This document shows positions 14,612 to 23,700 of a stretch of DNA of 41,686 bases, one piece after another (the first letter of the stretch is position 1; each line of letters starts with the position of its first letter). The stretch is taken from positions 1 to 41,686 of IMG/VR virus record IMGVR_UViG_3300033565_000017; one strand, 5' to 3'. The position numbers were made by a program, and so were the translations under genes. The notes beneath the pieces are model-generated. The model saw only the letters and a list, made by a program, of their open reading frames with translations, ran no database searches and had not been told where the DNA came from. The stretch comes from a virus (lineage: Duplodnaviria > Caudoviricetes).

Positions 14612-14910
14612 TGGTGGCGTTCGTTGATGGCGCTCTCGATGCGCCGTACGGTTTCCTGCATGGTTCCGACGTTGTTGTGGGATTCGTCGATGCGCTGGGA
14701 AAGCGTCATGATGGCCTGGACGTTGGCCTCGCTGAGTTTGGCGAATCGTTCGTTGGAGGATTTGAGGTCTAGGTAGACGGGGACCAGCATGGCCATGAAG
14801 ATCGCGCCGACTCCCCACTTGCCGACAAGCCATGCGAAGATGGCGGGCCAGGATTTGGGGAGGTCCGGGAGGTCTTCGGTGGCGATGGTGTGGAGTTGTT
14901 CTTTGCTCAT
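14608..14910 (-). CDS. Membrane protein with coiled coil (lysis-associated)
   Basis: Hydrophobic segment followed by a heptad-like C-terminus. Confidence 0.65.
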   Translation of the reverse strand: MSKEQLHTIATEDLPDLPKSWPAIFAWLVGKWGVGAIFMAMLVPVYLDLKSSNERFAKLSEANVQAIMTLSQRIDESHNNVGTMQETVRRIESAINERHQ

Positions 14911-14913
14911 GGG

Positions 14914-15597
14914 TCAGGGATAGGTGACTCCGGTTCCGGAGTTGTAGAGTTCGGCGATTCGTGTGTTAGACAGAAGCTCGGAGAACCACGCCACAGGGCC
15001 GATAAGACCGTCCCAGTTCGTGGCGGCGGATGAGCCCTTGCCAAACTCGATGATGCTGGCTGAGGTGTTGTAGCTGTTATTATTGGTGGTTTCGGCGCGG
15101 GCGGTAGCGTTGATCTTGACGAATTGCTTGTTGGCGGTATTGTCATACCCGAAACAGACGAAATACCAGTTTCCGGCGGACATGCCGAACGAATAGTCGG
15201 TGTTCACGCCGACGCACGACAGGCGGATGATGCTTGAACTCCGGTAGACCATCTCGAACGTATTGGAATTGGAGCTGTCAGCGATCCTGGCGAAATCAAC
15301 CAGAGACTCTGGCTTCACCCATGCGCAGCACGTCCATGCGTTGGTGTGCAAAGCGGCTGCCCCTCCGTTGTTCAGAAGGTACTTGTTATCATCCTTCTCG
15401 AAATCGGCGGCTGCTGTGAACGCCATCCCGGTCACGGACGCCGATCCAACCGACGCCGCGCTTTCTGTGAGTGTGAGCGATGAAACATCATCGGTGCGGG
15501 TTCCGTTCGCTTCGTCCATGGGCCAGTAGGCGACCAGGTTTGTCCAATCGACGCCCCCTGATGGGGCGGCGGCGAAAGCGTATGGATTGATGATCAT
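14914..15597 (-). CDS. LamG/concanavalin-A-like domain virion protein, 227 aa
   Basis: MIINPYAF...LVAYWPMDE...WTCCAWVK...WYFVCFGYD...LSNTRIAELYNSG. Confidence 0.8.
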   Translation of the reverse strand: MIINPYAFAAAPSGGVDWTNLVAYWPMDEANGTRTDDVSSLTLTESAASVGSASVTGMAFTAAADFEKDDNKYLLNNGGAAALHTNAWTCCAWVKPESLVDFARIADSSNSNTFEMVYRSSSIIRLSCVGVNTDYSFGMSAGNWYFVCFGYDNTANKQFVKINATARAETTNNNSYNTSASIIEFGKGSSAATNWDGLIGPVAWFSELLSNTRIAELYNSGTGVTYP

Positions 15598-15638
15598 GGC
15601 GTCCGGCGGGTAGCCTTCACAGGTTCCTAGGATCGGGT

Positions 15639-16181
15639 TTATGCGGTTGGCTCCCATCCTGCGTCGGGGTCGATGGGTTGTCCTGCGTCGATGGCGGTGA
15701 AGAGTGCCCGCAGCCGAGCATCGTTCTTCCAGATGCGGGTGGCGATGTCGATGGCGCGGGTTTTCAGCGCGATTTCCTTGGCGGTGAGCTGCTGGTTGGC
15801 GACCAGGCGGAAAAGCACTCCGATGCAAAGCAGCATCAGCTTGTCCCGCTCGGTTTCCGAGTAGTGGCGGGAGTTCTCAACCGCCTCGACGTTCTGGATG
15901 TTGAGCTTTACCTCTTCCACCGGGCGGGCCACGGTGCTCCATGAGGTGCGGAGTTCGTTGGCAGGGGCGTCGATGGTTTCGGTTTTCTCCAATGTGAACA
16001 AGCGCGGGTCGTAGTCGGGCTGGGCGTCGGTGAGTTGGAGCAGGTAGGTGAAATCGGGGTCGAGTCCGGGGATAGGCCCTCCGTCCGCGACCGGCCAGGG
16101 TTTGTTGCGGGCTATGATTTCGCTGGATGAGATTTGATAGACGGCCCAACGGGTTTCGGGTGTGACTGGATAGGTAATCAT
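15639..16181 (-). CDS. Tail-associated hypothetical protein, 180 aa
   Basis: ORF directly downstream of the tailspike. Confidence 0.7.
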   Translation of the reverse strand: MITYPVTPETRWAVYQISSSEIIARNKPWPVADGGPIPGLDPDFTYLLQLTDAQPDYDPRLFTLEKTETIDAPANELRTSWSTVARPVEEVKLNIQNVEAVENSRHYSETERDKLMLLCIGVLFRLVANQQLTAKEIALKTRAIDIATRIWKNDARLRALFTAIDAGQPIDPDAGWEPTA

Positions 16182-16193
16182 GGATGTTGTGGG

Positions 16194-19100
16194 TTAGGTT
16201 CGGTAGCCTTCTAGAAAGATTTTGAGGCCTGCGTTGGTGGAGCCGACGGAATCGACGTCGATGGTGATGAGGTCGCCTTTGGTCAGCGCGTAGGTGGAAG
16301 CGGCGCTGGCAAAGGTGGAGGTTTCCGCGTTGTTTGCGCTGGTGGAGAATGAGAGCACGGCATTGAGCAGGCTGGTGCCTTCGTCCTCGATGTCCACGGT
16401 GAGGGCGGAGACGGTCGGGGCGGCGGTAAGGGTGCCGTAGACGCGGGTGAGTGTGAAATTCCACGGGACATCGAACGCCACTTTCTGGCCGGTGGTGATG
16501 ACGGTTGTTTCGTCGGAGCAGGCGACGGCGATCACTTCAAAAACGCCGAGGGTGTTTCGCATGGCTCCGACGGTGGTGTCGTCGAGGACGGTGCGGGCGG
16601 CGGCGGTGATGGTGGCGGTTTCCGGGACGCCGGTGGAGGCGGTGGTGCGGCCGATGAATTGGTCCTGGGCGAGGTTCGCCATTTTGGCGAGGGTGACGGC
16701 GGCGGCGGCAATGGTGACGGCTCCGGTGTTGGCCATGGTGACATCTCCGGAAAGGGAGATCTCGGTGGGGAAGTTGGCGGCGCTGCCGAGCCAGATTTTG
16801 GCGTCGGTGAGGTTGCTCTGGGCGTTGGTGCGGCCGGCTCCGATGACGCAGACGACGCCGGAGGTGAGATGGACGCGGGTGACGCGGGCGACGGCCTGGA
16901 CGCCGGAGGTGGCTCCTGTGGGGCGGGTGGTGGTAAGAGTGCCGGCGGTCTCGGAGATATAGAGGGCGTCGTTGACGGCCCAGGCGGAGGTATCGAGGCC
17001 GGCGAGCAGTCCGGAGACGATGACCTGTCCGGTGGCGGCGTTGGTGAGGGAGCCGGCGGCGAGGCCGATGGCCGGGGTGGTGCCGCTGCCGTTGGCGTCA
17101 GCCGCCTCGACTTCGATCCAGCCGCCTACGTTGTAGCCGGCGAGATAGACGGGGGTGCCAAGGGTGATGGTGCCGACGGAGCCCTTGCGGGCGTCGAGCT
17201 TGACGGCGTTGGTGGTGCCGGCGTTGACGACGGTGGCGAGGCCATCGGCGCCGAGGGTGATGTCTCCCGCGACGGTCTGCTTGGCGTAGGCGGTGCCGCC
17301 GGCGTTGCCGATGAGGATCTGGCCGGCGGAGGGTGCGGTGTTGGGGACTACCGAGGCGAGGGTCTGGGCGGCATCGGTGACGTTGCCGAGGCCAACCTGG
17401 GTTTTGGTGACGCCGTGGGGGTTACTGGTGTTGCCGGTGTGGCTGGTGAGATTGGAGGCGGTGGCGTAGGTGCTGGCCGCGGATGAGATGGTGAGGTAGC
17501 CGGAGAGATCCTGGTCGCCGGTGTTGGTGCCGCTGACGCTGGAGGCTCCTGCGCCGAGGGTGAGGGTGGAGCCCGCGGCGTTGCCGGTGATGGTGACGGC
17601 CCCGGTCTGAACGGTGAAATTCTGGGTGAAGGAAAGCGCCTTGCCGGAGGTGTGGGTGACATCGGCGAATTGGTCGAGGTTGCTGGTTACCAGGGCGTCG
17701 CCTGTACCTGATCCTCCCGGAATCGTGATCGTCTTGGTGCCGGTTGTGCCGGTAGCCGTCACGCCGGCGCCGACGAAGTTCAATGTCGTTCCAGCATTGG
17801 CGAGGGAACTGCCTTCGTCCTGCACGATCACGCCGCCCGTCCCGGTGACGGTGAGGTCGCCGCTTCCGAGAACGCTGGCCCCGTTGATGGTCTTGATGTT
17901 GGTTCCGCTGACAAGGGTTTTCGGAAGCCATGCCGTGCCGCGGTAAACATACCCGCGAACCTCGTCACCTTCGATCATACCCTCGCTGTTGGTGATGTCT
18001 CCAACGCAATCGCCAGAGATGGTAGCGGTTCCGGACTGTCCGGCCTTTGGCCAGATTCCGTAGATCGGTTCGGTTTCTCCTGGGAGTGGTTCCGTGCATC
18101 CGATCATCCGAATCTTGAGGTGGATGCCGTCGCCTCCGCTGTTGGCCCTGTTGGCCAAGAACGCCCCACGCACGCGGCTTCCAATGAACGTAATCTCGGA
18201 AGTGTGGGAGCCACGCGGGTCTGTGGTGGTGGTGGTCCCTTCGGCTGGCGTGGCGTAGAATGCATAGTTCGTCACGTCCGACATCTCGAAGTTCTCGACC
18301 GTCATCCGCTTGATCCATCCGGTGCCTCCGGCGAAGCCCTTGGCAGCACTTGGTTGGTGGCTTCCGCCAACCACCCGGATATTATCCATCCATGCGTTAA
18401 GTTCCTCGCCAGGAGTGATCTGGTGATTGAATCCGTTGTTGTTACCTGCGCACTCAAACATCTGACAGGCGGATTCATTTTTGCAGTCGTAAAGTGTGAT
18501 GTCGTAGATGTTGGCCGAGGTGTCCGTGCCGGTATGGTCGTATCGCCATGAGATGCCGTCTGCCCCGGTGACGACGCCCGTGGGGTGGGTTGGTGCGTTG
18601 GCTGCCTCGGTTGCTGTCGCCGGAGCGGTGCAGACATACACCTTTCCGGCGTTCACTACACGCCTGCCGATAAGGTAGTCGTCACCGCTCTGCCACGCCG
18701 CCCAAGCCCCGCACACGGAGCGGAGGAAAAATCCGATCTGGCCGGGGAATGGAGCGTACTGGCCACGGATGATGGTCCCGTTGTAGATGTTCCCGGTTTC
18801 CGGGTTGGTGCTCGGGTAGTCCGCTGGTTGGAATCCGAACAGGTCGTCAAGCGTATCACCACGGCAGTCCTCAAACAGAAAGTCATGTCCGGGGCCGAGA
18901 TGGAAGGCGTCCTTCTCGCCCACACAACGCAAACGTAGGCACGTCAGCCGCTCGAAATTCGAGACATGGATACCAAACAGCAGGACGTTGAGGTTATCGA
19001 TGTAGATGTCGTGCAAAAGCACGTCCTCAACGTGATAAAGCGCAATGTGACCGCGAAGCCCAGCGACGTAATCGCCTCCGGTTTCCTTGTTGTCCGTATC

Positions 19101-19493
19101 AATCGAGATGTTGCCGATGGTGATCCTGCTGTTAAGCGTCCGGGTTGCCGCTCCCGTGTTCACGATTACCTCGCCATAGTTTGCCGTTTTTTTCAGGACT
19201 ACACCATTCACTCCGATCAGCGCCGTATTGCTTCCGATCTCCAGAGTGTCGTTTACTTCGTAGGTTCCAGATCGGTCGATTAGAACACTTCCGCCACCAA
19301 TGGCAACCGCTGCGTCGAGGGCGTCCTGTAGGGCGATCACGTTGGAGGCTGCGGTGGCAGACGGGGAGGCACCGTAGATTGAGGCGTAGAAGATCACCCC
19401 TCCATTTCCCTTGGGGCCGCGGTTGATGAAGATGGTGGTAATGCGCCCCGGTTTCTCGGTGGTGACGGTGAGGGTGGTGAGGCGGGCGGCCAT
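16194..19493 (-). CDS. Tailspike/tail fibre with pectin-lyase-like beta-helix, 1099 aa
   Basis: YGASP..NVIALQDALDAA..GGSVLI..GTY beta-helix start; Gly/Thr/Ala-rich fibre-like C-terminal half. Confidence 0.85.
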   Translation of the reverse strand: MAARLTTLTVTTEKPGRITTIFINRGPKGNGGVIFYASIYGASPSATAASNVIALQDALDAAVAIGGGSVLIDRSGTYEVNDTLEIGSNTALIGVNGVVLKKTANYGEVIVNTGAATRTLNSRITIGNISIDTDNKETGGDYVAGLRGHIALYHVEDVLLHDIYIDNLNVLLFGIHVSNFERLTCLRLRCVGEKDAFHLGPGHDFLFEDCRGDTLDDLFGFQPADYPSTNPETGNIYNGTIIRGQYAPFPGQIGFFLRSVCGAWAAWQSGDDYLIGRRVVNAGKVYVCTAPATATEAANAPTHPTGVVTGADGISWRYDHTGTDTSANIYDITLYDCKNESACQMFECAGNNNGFNHQITPGEELNAWMDNIRVVGGSHQPSAAKGFAGGTGWIKRMTVENFEMSDVTNYAFYATPAEGTTTTTDPRGSHTSEITFIGSRVRGAFLANRANSGGDGIHLKIRMIGCTEPLPGETEPIYGIWPKAGQSGTATISGDCVGDITNSEGMIEGDEVRGYVYRGTAWLPKTLVSGTNIKTINGASVLGSGDLTVTGTGGVIVQDEGSSLANAGTTLNFVGAGVTATGTTGTKTITIPGGSGTGDALVTSNLDQFADVTHTSGKALSFTQNFTVQTGAVTITGNAAGSTLTLGAGASSVSGTNTGDQDLSGYLTISSAASTYATASNLTSHTGNTSNPHGVTKTQVGLGNVTDAAQTLASVVPNTAPSAGQILIGNAGGTAYAKQTVAGDITLGADGLATVVNAGTTNAVKLDARKGSVGTITLGTPVYLAGYNVGGWIEVEAADANGSGTTPAIGLAAGSLTNAATGQVIVSGLLAGLDTSAWAVNDALYISETAGTLTTTRPTGATSGVQAVARVTRVHLTSGVVCVIGAGRTNAQSNLTDAKIWLGSAANFPTEISLSGDVTMANTGAVTIAAAAVTLAKMANLAQDQFIGRTTASTGVPETATITAAARTVLDDTTVGAMRNTLGVFEVIAVACSDETTVITTGQKVAFDVPWNFTLTRVYGTLTAAPTVSALTVDIEDEGTSLLNAVLSFSTSANNAETSTFASAASTYALTKGDLITIDVDSVGSTNAGLKIFLEGYRT

Positions 19494-19497
19494 GGGA

Positions 19498-19800
19498 TCA
19501 GAGTGGGGCTTTTATGGCGAGTTCGGCGATCTCGGTGGGGTAGTCCTCGCCGTCGGAGTCGGTCATGGTGCATTGAAAGAGGTAGAGGCCTGGGGCCCAT
19601 GGGGCGAGGGCGGTGTCGAAGGTGATGGAGGCATTTCCGCCGGCGATGGTGAGGGCTTCGTTTTTGAATTCGGCGGTGCTGCCTTTGCGCTTGACCACGA
19701 TTGAGCCGGTCCAGGTGCCATCGAAGGCGACGGCGGCCCCGGCGTTCTGGCCGGTGACGGTGATGGTGTAGTCCTGGCCTAGGAAAATGGAGTCGGTCAT
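19498..19800 (-). CDS. Small beta-rich structural protein, 100 aa
   Basis: MTDSIFLGQDYTITV...; ATGA overlap with the upstream gene. Confidence 0.7.
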   Translation of the reverse strand: MTDSIFLGQDYTITVTGQNAGAAVAFDGTWTGSIVVKRKGSTAEFKNEALTIAGGNASITFDTALAPWAPGLYLFQCTMTDSDGEDYPTEIAELAIKAPL

Positions 19801-20444
19801 TTGGTTTCGACGGCTGAGACCTTGAGGTTGGGGGCGGTGCTGGATGCGAGGGTGACGGCGAGGACTCCGGAGGCGGGGACGCGGACCTCGAGGGCGGTGT
19901 TGGCGGTGGCGGTGAGCGCGTTGCCGGCGGAGTTCTTGAATCCGCCGAGGGCGTTGGCGACGGCGACCACGGGCGTCCCGGTGGCGGGGCTGGTGGGCTT
20001 CCAGCCGGTGGGGTTGGTGGTGCCGTGCCATGCACCGGTGGGTACGAGATCGGGGCTGGCGACTTTGGCGGTAGAAGTGAAGATTGAACCATCGCTTTCG
20101 ATGCGCCAGCCGGCATGGCCTGCGTCGGATGAAACGGGAATGATGTAGATGGTAAGTCCGGTGACGTCGCCAAATTGCGGATAGGCGGTTCCTCCAATTC
20201 CAACCATGGAGTTAAACGGCATGGCGGCGATGGAGAGCGGGGCGGAGCCGTCGGAGGTGAGGGTTCCGGTGGTGGTGGCGGCGCCGTAGGGGAGCATCGA
20301 TTGGAAGCCGAGGGTGGCGGTGCCGGAGCCGAAAGTGCCGGCGATCTCAATGACATGGAGGCGGCCGGGGGAAAGCTGGGGGAAGGTATAGGTGCCGTCT
20401 GCGGTGATGCGTTGCTCGAAAGTCTTTGCGGTGGGGAGGGCCAT
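19797..20444 (-). CDS. Structural protein, 215 aa, with an internal inserted domain
   Basis: Beta-rich ORF heading the tail fibre operon. Confidence 0.75.
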   Translation of the reverse strand: MALPTAKTFEQRITADGTYTFPQLSPGRLHVIEIAGTFGSGTATLGFQSMLPYGAATTTGTLTSDGSAPLSIAAMPFNSMVGIGGTAYPQFGDVTGLTIYIIPVSSDAGHAGWRIESDGSIFTSTAKVASPDLVPTGAWHGTTNPTGWKPTSPATGTPVVAVANALGGFKNSAGNALTATANTALEVRVPASGVLAVTLASSTAPNLKVSAVETK

Positions 20445-20494
20445 GGTTGGGAATGGGGTTCACGGGGAGCGTGAAGCATTCCGGGGCTGAGTGA

Positions 20495-20509
20495 AATTGA
20501 AGCGGGGAA
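20495..20509 (-). promoter_or_regulatory. Conserved motif TTCCCCGCTTCAATT (putative late promoter element)
   Basis: One of 4 copies; 50 nt upstream of the tail fibre operon. Confidence 0.6.
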
Positions 20510-20519
20510 TACGAGTTAG

Positions 20520-20543
20520 CAGTGATCAGTGGGCAGTGATCAG
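20520..20543. repeat. Heptamer tandem repeat, copy 3
   Basis: CAGTGATCAGTGGGCAGTGATCAG. Confidence 0.8.
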
Positions 20544-20747
20544 AGGGGGCGGCGGGACGAATTCCGCGACGTTTATCCATCCATCGCTGCACTGTTCTCC
20601 CGTGGACCGTTCACGGGATTCGCGGCAGTCCGAGGCGTTGTGTACCCATAGGTTCGGCTCGATTTCGGTTGGGTGACACCAACAGATTTCTTGAGCGGTG
20701 TGAAGCTCGGCATCTCCGACTGGGAGAACATGAATGCGCCGGATCAT
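20526..20747 (-). CDS. Small His/Cys-rich protein, 73 aa
   Basis: HVLPVGD..H...CWCHP...WVHNASD.RE. Confidence 0.6.
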   Translation of the reverse strand: MIRRIHVLPVGDAELHTAQEICWCHPTEIEPNLWVHNASDCRESRERSTGEQCSDGWINVAEFVPPPPLITAH

Positions 20748-20752
20748 GATTA

Positions 20753-23700
20753 TTAGTCTGAGAGGCCGAGGTCTTTGAGGCGTTGGAGGTAGGTTTCGCG
20801 CTCGGAGTCGGTGAGGGTTGAGACGATTTTGACGATGACGGCGGCGCGGGCTTCCTTGCTGAGACGGGAGAGGGCGGCCTCGGCGGGGGTCATGTCGGCG
20901 GCGCGGAGACGGGAGCGGATGGCGGTGCGCTGGGTGGCGGGGAGACGGGCGAGGCGGGCGGCGCGCTGGTCCTTGGGCAGGGCGGCGAGTTCCTTGGCGA
21001 GGGCGTCGTTGGTGGCGGTGGTGCCGTCGCGGGTTTTCTTGTCGTCGGCGGAGGCCTCGCGGATGAGATCGAGGGTGGTGGTCTCGAGGTCGTCGCGGGT
21101 GAAGACGTCGACGGTGTTGGCGACGGCTCCCTCGGCATCGCGGACCAGGCGGAGCATGGCGGGGACGGCGGCGGCGCGTGGATCGAATGAGCCTGCGAGC
21201 AGGCCGAAGGATGCGGCGATCTGCTGGGCGGTTGTGAGGTAGTCGTTGACGGTGGCGTCGGTCTCCTTATCGTTGGCGATGGCTTTGAGGATCTTCTTGG
21301 TCTGCGGGATGATGCGGGTGGCCCCGGATTCCATGGGAGATCCTACGGATGAATAGGCGCGGGTGCCGACGGTGGAGCGGATGAAATACTCGAAGGTCTG
21401 GCCGTAGATGGGGAGGCCTGAGAGGGGCCCGACGATCATGGCGGCGAGGTAGTCGCGCCAACTCCAACGGTCCTCGTCGTCGTCATCGCGGGAGATGCCG
21501 GCCCAGACGTCGGACCATACTTCATTGGAGATGCCGTAGATCGCCCAGCCCCAGATGAGTTTGCGGAGGGCGGTTTTTCCAGTGATTCGCCCACGAGTCC
21601 AATCGGCGACGGCAGCGGCGGTGATGGCGAGCTTTTGGCGGGGATCGGATTTGAAGAGGAAGAGGAAGCGTTGCAGGCCTTTGGCGGTGATTTCCGCCAT
21701 GGATTTATCCTGGGTGGTGGCGGGCTGGGCGGTGCGCTCGATGACCCGGGCGGCGGTGGCCAGGGCGTGGTCGCGGGCGGTGGCCTCGGGGAGTTTGGCC
21801 TTGGTGGCCTGGGTGTAGGCGATTTCGTAGGCGGCGGCGCCGGAGATCGATGAGAAGAATGCGTCGGCGTAGGCGATGGGGAGGCGGCCGTATTCGAGCA
21901 GGAGGATGATGTCGGAGGGCGAGGCGGCACCGGCCTGCATGAGCTTGCGGTCCTCGGGCGAGATCCCGGCGAGGATGCGCTGTTGGATGGCCTCGGAGTT
22001 CCAGACGGCTTTGAGGGTTTCCGGCCGGGTAATGGCGCGGATGATGCCTGAGAGGGCGGTCTTGGTGTCGTAGGTGTCAAGCATGACGCCAAAGATGGCC
22101 GGGATCTGTTTGAACAGGACGCCGATGTTGAACGCCAGGCCGACGGCGGACTGGGTGGCGAGCATCTTGGCGCCGAGATCGGCGAGGAAGCCGACGTTGG
22201 CGGCGCGGAATGAGCCGTCGACCTCCAGGGCGTCGAGCCATTGGCTGAATAGGTTGGCGATGTCCTTGCCGTGGAGACCTTCGATGCGGCGGCGGAGTTC
22301 GGGGGAGCGGAAAATAATGCGCATGTCGCGCATGAGTTCGGCGTATGCGATGAAATACTCGGTTGCCTCCAGGTGCGACCAGTAGGCGGCGAGGGCGTTC
22401 TGCTGCTTGGGACGGGCGGTGTGATGGGTGCGCGCCTTGGTGAAGCCGGCGGACATGGCGTTGACCGGGTTGGAATCGCCATAGGGATCGATGGTGGCTC
22501 CGCCGGCCTTGGCGTCCAGGTGCTCGAATGAGCCGGGGGCGTAGTTGCGGATCTTTGGCATGTCCATGCCGTAGATGGCCTGGTAGACCGGATTGAGGCG
22601 GTTCCATTCGGCATCGTATTCCTCGCGCATGAATTCGATGAGGTCGAGCGCGGGGGTGGAGAGCTTGGATTCGATCTGGCGGATGACGTCATCGGTGAAG
22701 CCGAATTTGTCGAGGGCGGGCCTATACTGCTCCTGGGCCCAAAGTTGCAGGTAGTAGGCGGCCTCGAGTTCGGAGGCGTGGAATGGTGCCGGGGTGCCGC
22801 GGGATTTGAGGCGGGAGAAGCGGATGGTCTTGGCGGTGAAGGCGCGGGCCTCGTTCTGGGCCTTGAGGCGTTGCATGCGGAAGTCGGCGAGCGCCTGGGA
22901 GAGGGACATCATGGCGATGGGGTCCGTTTCCCATCCGGGTTTCATGGTGCCATTGAGGATGGCGACGGCCTGTTCCTCGGTCATGGCCATTTTCTCGGAG
23001 GTGACTCCCTCCTTAAGCTGGATGTTCCAATCGGTGCGGAGGGTGGTGATTTTGTGGAGGATCTGGTTGCGGGCGCGGCGGCGGCCGGGGCCGGTGAGGT
23101 TCCAAATGCCGTAGGTGAAGGCATCGAAGCGTTCGCGGGCGCGGATCTTGGCCCATGTATAGGATCGGTCGGCTTTTCTCACGCGGTCCTGGGTGTCGCG
23201 GGCGGTGAGGGAGTTGGGGAAAAGGTACTCCATGACCTGGTGGAAGGATGACATGGCGAGCCGGGTGGCGTCCGCCATCATGGCGAGGCTGCGGCTGTGC
23301 ATCTTGTCCGTGTGGGTCGGCTGGTCAACCTCGGGCAAGGTGTTGAGCAATTCCGACTTGGCGGCTTTCAGTTCCTCGCGGCGGGCCTCGTCGAGCATGA
23401 CGCGCTGGGTGCGGCCTTTGGAGTAGATGTTCTGGAGTTGCTGGTAGGCCTGCGAGAGTTGGGCGGCGTCGAGCTTGGACCAGGGGCCGAAGGTTTGTAA
23501 AAACGAGCGCTGGATTTCGTTCTCGATCAACTGCGCTTGCATGGCGTTGGCTTCCTCCGGGCTAGCCGGGGTGCGGCTGTGGAGATCCTGGATGGCTGCC
23601 TCTACGGCGGTGGTGGCGGCGTAGTGTTCCTCGGGCGTGAGCGAAGTGATGGCGAGGATGCGACCGACCAGGCGCTGGGTTTCCGGGGTGAGACGGCCGC

